Below the pieces are notes generated by a model that was given only the letters and a program-made list of their open reading frames with translations, did not search any database and had not been told where the DNA came from. A DNA stretch of 41,172 bases from Chiloscyllium plagiosum (taxonomy: Eukaryota): positions 1,726,439 to 1,767,610 of the forward strand of contig NC_057720.1 of assembly GCF_004010195.1 (NCBI RefSeq), in the 5' to 3' direction. A program made the translations under genes and the position numbers. Positions 34,419 to 41,172 of this stretch are shown one piece after another (within the stretch, counting starts at the first letter, position 1; every line of letters begins with the position of its first letter).

Positions 34419-35884
34419 TAACAAGTTAGAAGGCTTTTGGAGCTTTTAAATAAAATGATAAACAAACATGAAGCAAGCAGCTTGTGAAGCTCAGGAATTA
34501 ATGTTTTAATTAGCTGCATGTTTAGAGAGCTCCGTCAGTAGCAACAGCAAATGCAGCTTCAGCCAAAATGAACGCCAGGGAACCGTGAGCAAACCTACAG
34601 CAGCCTCAGCTCAACCTGCCAGGAAACGCAGAGTAGCATCGGGAAGGTTTCTGAACCTCGATACTCAAACTGCATCGTTGGGTCAGTTCCCTCCAGCCAT
34701 ATCGGTTCCTAACGCCATCAGTCAGCCGGATGACGTCAGCTCTTCCTGCAACTTTAGCAACTTTGGAGCTTCCCTGAACACCCGCAAATCAGCTCAAACT
34801 GTACACAATGTCAACAGGAGCAAACTATCCACAACAACTAAACATTGAACAACAAGAGGCAAGGCCAATACGTTAAACGAAAAACCAATGGGCTCATTCC
34901 CATAGCAACACAATCCTTGGACATTGGGTAACTCAGGAGTAATCCATCACCTGAACCAGGTGATTGTGGTGAGTAAGGTTAATGTTGTTTCGCTCACTCT
35001 CTCAGGTGGAAACGGGGGTCAACGTGGAATTCTCTTCCCCAGAAGGTGTTGGAGGCTGAGCATTGACATTTATTCAAGACAAAGTTAGACAGGGGGTTTT
35101 TTTTCAAAGTCGAGGGTGTGGGAGGGTTATGGGGTCAGAAGGAAAGTGGAGCAGCCATGACCCTGTTGAAGGGGAGAGCAGGCTGGATAGGCCGAATCTC
35201 CTTCTCCTGCCCCTAAGACCCCTGTTCCTCTGCAGTTCCCATTGAGTAATCCTTCTGAGATAGACCCAGCTGATGAACCACTGCCAGTGCCAGCATGTCT
35301 CCCCCTTCTGGAGCTCAGAGACAACTGACAAATCAACGACTCAGTTCCTCAACTCATTTCAGACCCTGACTCTGCAGCTTACCTCTCGGTCTGTGCCTCA
35401 GTACTCCAGTAGCCCCTGGGAGACTGACCATGATGAAACAGTTCCCTGCTCCTGGCCAGCTCTTGCTCACTGTGGGGATTGGTGGGCACTTAGTGACATT
35501 GTGATTGGAGTACCCCAGCGAATGGGAATAATAAATGCCATGTGCTAACCTCCATGCGGTCTCACATTTGGGCCATAGTCCAATAAAACCCCCTCCAGGA
35601 GCCCATGCCTGGATTAGCAAAGGTCTATTCAACAAAGGGGGCATCACATTGGAGGTTAGTGCTATCCTTGTTCCACACATGGAGTATTTTGTGGGACTGC
35701 TGCTGCAGAATAATCAGGAGGTGTCCTGTTGCTGTCGACACCCTCTCAAACAACAGCACTGAGGCCAGATCTTCAGCACGGATTGTCGCTGAGTAGAGAC
35801 ATTGAACTCCTCACCTTGACCGTCTGTCAGTCACTGAACAAACCGCCTGTGTCTCAGAGGTCAGACCTAACCCTAAACCCTTCA

Positions 35885-35992
35885 TCAGTGCTCAGAAAGC
35901 TTGTGATTTCAAATAAAACTGTTGGACTATGAGCTGGTGTTGTGTGACTTCTGACCTTGCCCACCCCAGTCTGACACTGGCTCCTCCACATT
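35885..35992 (+). mobile_element. PLE terminal fragment
   Basis: gaaagcttgtgatttcaaataaaactgttggactatgagctggtgttgtgtgac, homologous to 39017-39112. Confidence 0.6.
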
Positions 35993-36085
35993 AGAGGAAA
36001 CCAGCAATCCCCACGTAGCTCAGGCTGAACATCAACAACAACTTCACAGATTATCAAAAGCTTTGAGTTTGGGAAGTCTACTCAC

Positions 36086-36170
36086 AGAAACAGAGGAACA
36101 ATGTATCCACACACATTGCATAGACGCTGAAAAACCCATGTGCAATTAGATAGGATCCGAATATCACCGT
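36086..36170 (-). CDS. SLC44A5: Choline transporter-like protein (SLC44 family, most likely CTL5), 85-nt exon encoding the last hydrophobic segment
   Basis: Minus strand gtatttgcag|ACG GTG ATA...TGT TTC T|gtgagt. Translates [28 protein letters not shown] plus T, the conserved SLC44A2/4/5 motif. Paralog assigned by sequence and tail-to-tail position with LHX8. Confidence 0.92.
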
Positions 36171-36408
36171 CTGCAAATACAAGAACACGTTATACTCACA
36201 CACTGACAGACCGATCACTGAAGATCACACACAGCTCAACAATCCCACAGAAATAGCAAATTCATTCCAAAAGTCAGAGAGACGGTTAAAACATCTCCAG
36301 AATCTCAGTGACACCAAACCCAGAGCACTGTTCACATGTGTAAAATAAAACGGAGGCAATGGACAACATGAAAAATGAACACACAGCTTCTCAGGCCAAA
36401 AAGGTTAG

Positions 36409-36831
36409 TGACCCTCTGACAGTGTGGCACTCCCTCAGCACTGACCCTCTGACAGTGCGGCACTCCCTCAGCACTAACCCTCTGACAGTGCGGCACTCCC
36501 TCAGCACTGACCCTCCGACAGTGCGGCACTCCCTCAGCATTGACCCTCCGACAGCGCGGCACTCCCTCAGCATTGACCCTCCAACAGTGCGGCACTCACT
36601 CAACACTGACCCTCCGACAGTGCGGCACTCCCTCAGCATTGACCCTCCAACAGCGCAGCACTCCCTCAGCACTAACCCTCTGACAATGCGGCACTCTCTC
36701 AGTACTGACCCTCTGACAGTGCGGCACTCCCTCAGCACTAACCCTCTGACAGTGCGGCACTCCCTCAGCATTGACCCTCCGACAGTGCAGCCCTCCCTCA
36801 GCACTGACCTTTCGACAGTGCACCACTACCC
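36409..36831. repeat. 33-bp minisatellite, about 13 units
   Basis: Same unit and orientation as 22940-23274. Confidence 0.95.
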
Positions 36832-36859
36832 CAGCCTGATGGTGCTCTGGTTGTAATGA

Positions 36860-37430
36860 CAGCGGGCTGGCTCCCCAGAAGCCTGGAGTAATGTTTGTGG
36901 AAATGTATTTGAGTCCCGCCATGACAAAAGATGAAATTTGAATTCAATTAGAAAGGAAATGAAATTGAAGCCAAGTCTTGTTGTACCCCAGGAGAAAGTG
37001 AGGTCTGCAGATGCTGGAGATCAGAGCTGAAAATGTGTTGCTGGAAAAGCGCAGCAGGTCAGGCAGCATCCAGGGAATAGGAGAATCGACGTTTCGGGCA
37101 TAACTGAAGAAGGGCTTATGCCCGAAACGTCGATTCTCCTGTTCCCTGGATGCTGCCTGACCTGCTGCGCTGTTCCAGCAACACATTTTCAGTTGTTGTA
37201 CCCCAGGCTGGGTCTTATAAAAACCCATCTGGTTCATTAATGTCCTTTAGGGAAGGACATTTGTAATCTCACATTATCTGGGCTACAGGTGACTCCTGAC
37301 TATACGGTTGGGACTGAATGTTAACTGTCCTCTGAAATGGACCGAGTATGCCACTTAGGTGAAAGGATACTTCGGAACATGCAATATATTCTGTCGCTGT
37401 GTGACTCCCACAGCTTATGAACAAATAATA
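36860..37430 (+). mobile_element. Degenerate SINE (family of 31045) hosting a PLE insert
   Basis: atttgaattcaat before the insert; aaaacccatctggttcattaatgtcctttagggaagga...aactgtcctctgaaatgg after it. Confidence 0.65.
36993..37192. mobile_element. 200-bp fold-back PLE-derived insert with 15-bp TSD and hammerhead-like core
   Basis: TSD ttgttgtaccccagg at 36978-36992 and 37193-37207; 77-bp arms 37027-37103 / 37116-37192; ctgaagaagggcttatgcccgaaacgtc at 37104-37131. Confidence 0.85.
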
Positions 37431-37434
37431 GATG

Positions 37435-38150
37435 TAGTTAAACATGGGAAAATGAGGTGATGCACTTTGAGAATAGAGGAACTGACTATGATGGAAATGG
37501 AGAAAGACTGCAGAAAGCTAAACAACAGAGAGATTTGCAAAAATCACAAAAAGGAACAAGCATCCAATTTCAGTGGGGGATAATAGGGAAGGCAAAAAGA
37601 ATGTGAGTCTTTACTTCAAAGGGAAAGGCTCATCCCAGACTTGGACGGACTGTCTTATGAGGAGACATTGAGTATGTTGGGCCTGTATTCACTGGAGTTC
37701 AGAAGATTCAGAGACAACCTTATTAAAACATGTAAAGTTTTCAGAGATCAAGCCAAGAGGGGATGGGGAAAGGTGTTTCCGCCTGTGGGAGAATCGAGGA
37801 CCAGGCAGGATAGCCTCAGAATAAGGAATCAGCCATTTAAGACAGAGAGGAGGAATATATTGTCTCTTTGAAGGTAGTGAATCTGTGGAATTCTTGACCA
37901 CAGGGAGAGGGGGGGGCTGTCGAGGCTGGGCCATTACATAGCATCAAGGCTGAGCGAGAGAGAGATGTTTTATCAGGAAGGGAATCAAAAGTTATGGGGA
38001 AAAGGCAGGAAAGTGGAGTTGAGGATTGCTGTGTGCAGTTCTGGTCACCACATTACAGAAAGGATGTAATTGCTCTGAACAATGTACTGAAAAAAATCAG
38101 ATCAGCCATGATGTCATGGACCTGATAGGCCGAATGGCCTAGCCTGCTCT
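37435..38150 (+). mobile_element. Degenerate CR1 3' portion
   Basis: DGLSYEETLSMLGLYSLEFRRFRDNLIKTCK and a CR1 tail. Confidence 0.75.
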
Positions 38151-38512
38151 GAGCACTAATGGTTTTACAGAGCCCCATGATGACCTTGACCTTGGGTTCA
38201 TGCTGTTTGACATGTGGCCCCTCTACACTGTTCTGTACCTGTAACATCTTCCTTACTGTCCTGTTTTGGCACCATCACCTTGATCAATTGTTGTGATCTC
38301 TCTCCCTTAGTTTGTACAGGTCTGGATTACTTGTTACTTTGGTTAGATCTTTGGCATGTGACTCTTATACCTGTCATGTTATTCCAGCCATTTTTTTTCC
38401 ACCTAATTTTTAATTTTTTGCAATTATCTCTCTGCCTCATTTAATCGGATTACAGATCATCCCTCTATTTGGTATTCAGTTGTTGACACTTTACTCACAC
38501 TGTTTGACAGTT

Positions 38513-39114
38513 AGTTAAAAATCACCCAACACCAGGTTATAGGCCAACAGGTTTATTTGGAAGCACTAGCTTTCAGAGCGCTGCTCCTTCATCAGGGGGC
38601 TGTGGAGGATAAGATCATGGTCACAGAATTTGTAGCCAAAGGAGTCCAGTGTCATTGAAATGTGATACTGTAAGCAATCGAAGATTAAAACCTGCATCTT
38701 TTAGAATTGGATATGCAGGTTTCTGTTCTTTGATATTCTTTGGAACTTCTTGTGTGACACAGAAGTTCTTTCAAATTACATTCTCAAGATAGCTCAGGTT
38801 TTTAGATAATATGTTTGAACTCTCTCTGTGGCCCAATGCTATGTCAGACTGACAAACCCTCTGTATAGTTTTACATATCCCATTATAAAAGATGAAAGTT
38901 TTAATCTAAGATTGTTTACTGTATCTCATCTCCCTGACACTGGAGTCCTTTGGCTATAAGTTCTGTGTCTTACAATCTTAAACTCTACAACCACTTGATG
39001 AAGGAGCAGCCCTCCGAAAACTAGTGCTTCCAAATAAACCTGTTGGACTATAACCTGGTGTTGTGTGATTTTTAACTTTGTCCACCCCAGTCCAATACAG
39101 GGACCTCCACATCG
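38513..39114. mobile_element. Fold-back PLE nested in an older related PLE (about 38230-39320)
   Basis: Arms 38513-38654 and 38935-39077 are reverse complements; degenerate TSD tgtttgacagtt (38501-38512) / tgtctgacactt (39115-39126); hammerhead-like motifs in both arms and at about 39238-39272. Confidence 0.75.
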
Positions 39115-39504
39115 TGTCTGACACTTGATCACCTGCATAGAGTTATTATTCGAAACTCCATTTGTATAATCTTCTGATCTCTCTGCCCTTGATCTTTCTG
39201 ATTATAAATTCTATGTCTGTGTGCTTCTCTCTCACTTCACCTGACAAAGGCGCTATGCCCCGAAAGCTTTTGACTTCAAATAAACCTGTTGGATTGTAAC
39301 TGGTGTCATGTGATTTCTGAATTTGAGCTCACAGCTCATGCCATGCTTGTCCAGAACAGCAGAGGGCAGTGTTCTCCACTGTTTGTAAGTGACTAACGGG
39401 TGTTTGCAAGTCAGAATTTCACTCACTAAGTGTGACACTGAGCTCTTCACTTAGTTCTTGTCTGTACATCACGCCTGTAGAACTGCACAAACATCTGCTT
39501 CTGT

Positions 39505-39745
39505 AACATAGAAACTAAGAAAATAGGAGCAGGAGTAGGCCACTCAGCCCTTCGAGCCTGCTGCACTATTCAATATGATCACGGTTGATCATCCAACTCA
39601 ATCCCTTTCCTACTTTCTCCCTTCTACCCTTTGATCTGTTAAGCCCCAAGAACAATATCTAAATCCTTCATGAAAACATTCACTGTTTTGGTCTCAAAGA
39701 CTATCTGTGGCAGAGAATTCCATAGGCTCCCCACTCTCTGCGTGA
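39505..39745 (-). mobile_element. CR1 3' end
   Basis: catagaaactaagaaataggagcaggagtaggccactcagcccttcgagcctgct. Confidence 0.75.
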
Positions 39746-39879
39746 GCTCAATAAGACTGACATAAAAGATCCACTAAAACAGTGACAAAGAGGCTGTAAC
39801 TGGTTTTAAAGTCTACTCTATGAAAAAGCAATTGTTCAGGGAGGAGGGGGGAGAGGTGACGAGAGAAAAATGTGACATT

Positions 39880-40835
39880 GTTGTTTAAGAAAGGGACAAA
39901 GGATAACCCAGGAAAGTACAGATCTGTCGGTTTGACATCAGTGTGGGGAAATTGATGAAGGCCATAATGCAGGATAGGCTAAAATAAGGAGGACTTCAAC
40001 AAAGCATTTGACAAATTTCCGCATGGTAGACTGGTTAGCAAAGTGAGATCACTGGGAATCCAGGGGAAGCTAGTCAGTCGGATACAAAATTGGCTCAAAG
40101 GTGGTGGGGATTTGGAGGGTGGTGGTGGAGGGTTGTTTTTCAGACTGAAGGCCTGTGACCAGTGGAGTGCCACAAGGATCGGTGTTGGGTCCACTACCTT
40201 TCATCATTTATATAAATGAATTGGATCTGAGCACAAGAGGTACAGTTAGTAAGTTTGCAGATGACACCCAAATTGATGATGTAGTGGACAGCGAAGAGGG
40301 TTACTTCAGTTTACATCGGGATCTTGATCAATGGGCTGAGGAGTGGCAGATGGAGGTTCATTTAGATAAATTTGGAGAGGCAAATCAGAACAGGATTTAT
40401 ACACTTAATGGTAACGTCCTGGGGAGTATCGTTGAACAGACAGACCGAGAGGTACAGGTTCATAGTTCCTTGAAAGTGGAGTCACAGGTAGATGGGGGGG
40501 TGAAGAAGGCAGTTGGTATGCTTGCCTTGAGTATAGGAGTTGGGAGGATTATGTTATGGCTTTACAGGACATGGTGACGCCACATTTGGAATATTGCCTT
40601 CACTTCTGGTCGCCCTTCTATAGGAAGGATGTTGTTAAACTTCAGACAGTGCAAAAACGATTTACAAGGATATTGTCAGTTTGGGAGGGTTTGAGCTACA
40701 AGGAGAGACTGAATAGGCTGGGGCTGTTTTCCCTGGAGCGTCGGAGGCTGAGGGGTGAACATTAAGGGTGTGGATAGGGTGTGCAGCCAAGGTCTTTTTC
40801 CCAAGGTAGGGGAGTCCAAAACTAGAGGGCATAGA
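39880..40835 (+). mobile_element. HER1-like CR1 RT fragment
   Basis: SGVPQGSVLGPLPFIIYINELD...SKFADDTQI; PHLEYCLHFWSPFYRKDV. Confidence 0.9.
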
Positions 40836-41042
40836 GTCAGAGAGTCAGAGAGAAGTACAACATAGAACATAGAACACTGAATAGGCTGGGCTGTTTTCCC
40901 TGGAGCGTCGGAGGCTGAGGGGTGAACATTAAGGGTGTGGATAGGGTGTGCAGCCAAGGTCTTTTTCCCAAGGTAGGGGAGTCCAAAACTAGAGGGCATA
41001 GAGTCAGAGAGTCAGAGAGAAGTACAACATAGAACATAGAAC
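40708..41042. repeat. Near-perfect 168/167-bp tandem duplication
   Basis: 40708-40875 and 40876-41042 differ only by one G. Confidence 0.9.
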
Positions 41043-41172
41043 AATACAGCACAGAACAGGCCCTTTGACCCACGATGTTGTGCCGAACACCTGTCCTAGC
41101 TTAAGCACCCATCCATGTACCTATCCAATTGCAGCTTAAAGGTCACCAATGATTCTGATTCTGCCACTCCCA
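41028..41172 (-). mobile_element. CR1 3' end running out of the window
   Basis: catagaacatagaacaatacagcacagaacaggccctttgacccacgatgttgtgccga. Confidence 0.8.

Noticed and set aside
33512..34519. 335-aa ORF
   Set aside because: Only the last 37 codons are a real exon; the rest is low-complexity repeat and Ns. Overlapping ORFs 33621-34424 and 33690-34421 are artefacts.
34515..34520. TGCATG RBFOX site near alternative exon A
   Set aside because: It is on the plus strand; the transcribed minus strand reads CATGCA.
36171..41172. Further upstream SLC44A5 exons (LNYYW-type motif)
   Set aside because: No matching minus-strand exon found by eye; probably beyond the window.

Overview
Eukaryotic, repeat-rich vertebrate DNA, most likely from a shark (inferred from HE1-type SINEs, HER1/CR1 LINEs and shark-type Penelope-like elements), with two N-gaps. 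Nearly all ORFs in the supplied track are spurious or retroelement debris. The real genes are short exons. On the + strand are the last two coding exons of the LIM-homeobox gene LHX8 (1642-1822, 14636-14712). Convergent on the - strand is the 3' end of a choline transporter-like gene, most likely SLC44A5: a shared exon at 36086-36170 followed by two paralogous, intact alternative terminal exons (33512-33624 and 29080-29198), both in frame with it. The proximal terminal exon is preceded by a very long AG-free pyrimidine tract with a branch-point-like motif at its far end. The window also holds at least five fold-back Penelope-like inserts, four carrying minimal hammerhead-ribozyme-like motifs and two with perfect 15-bp target-site duplications. 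Other content: two dispersed arrays of one 33-bp minisatellite and many nested CR1/SINE fragments. Repeat boundaries are approximate; family names come from recalled consensus similarity, not a database search.
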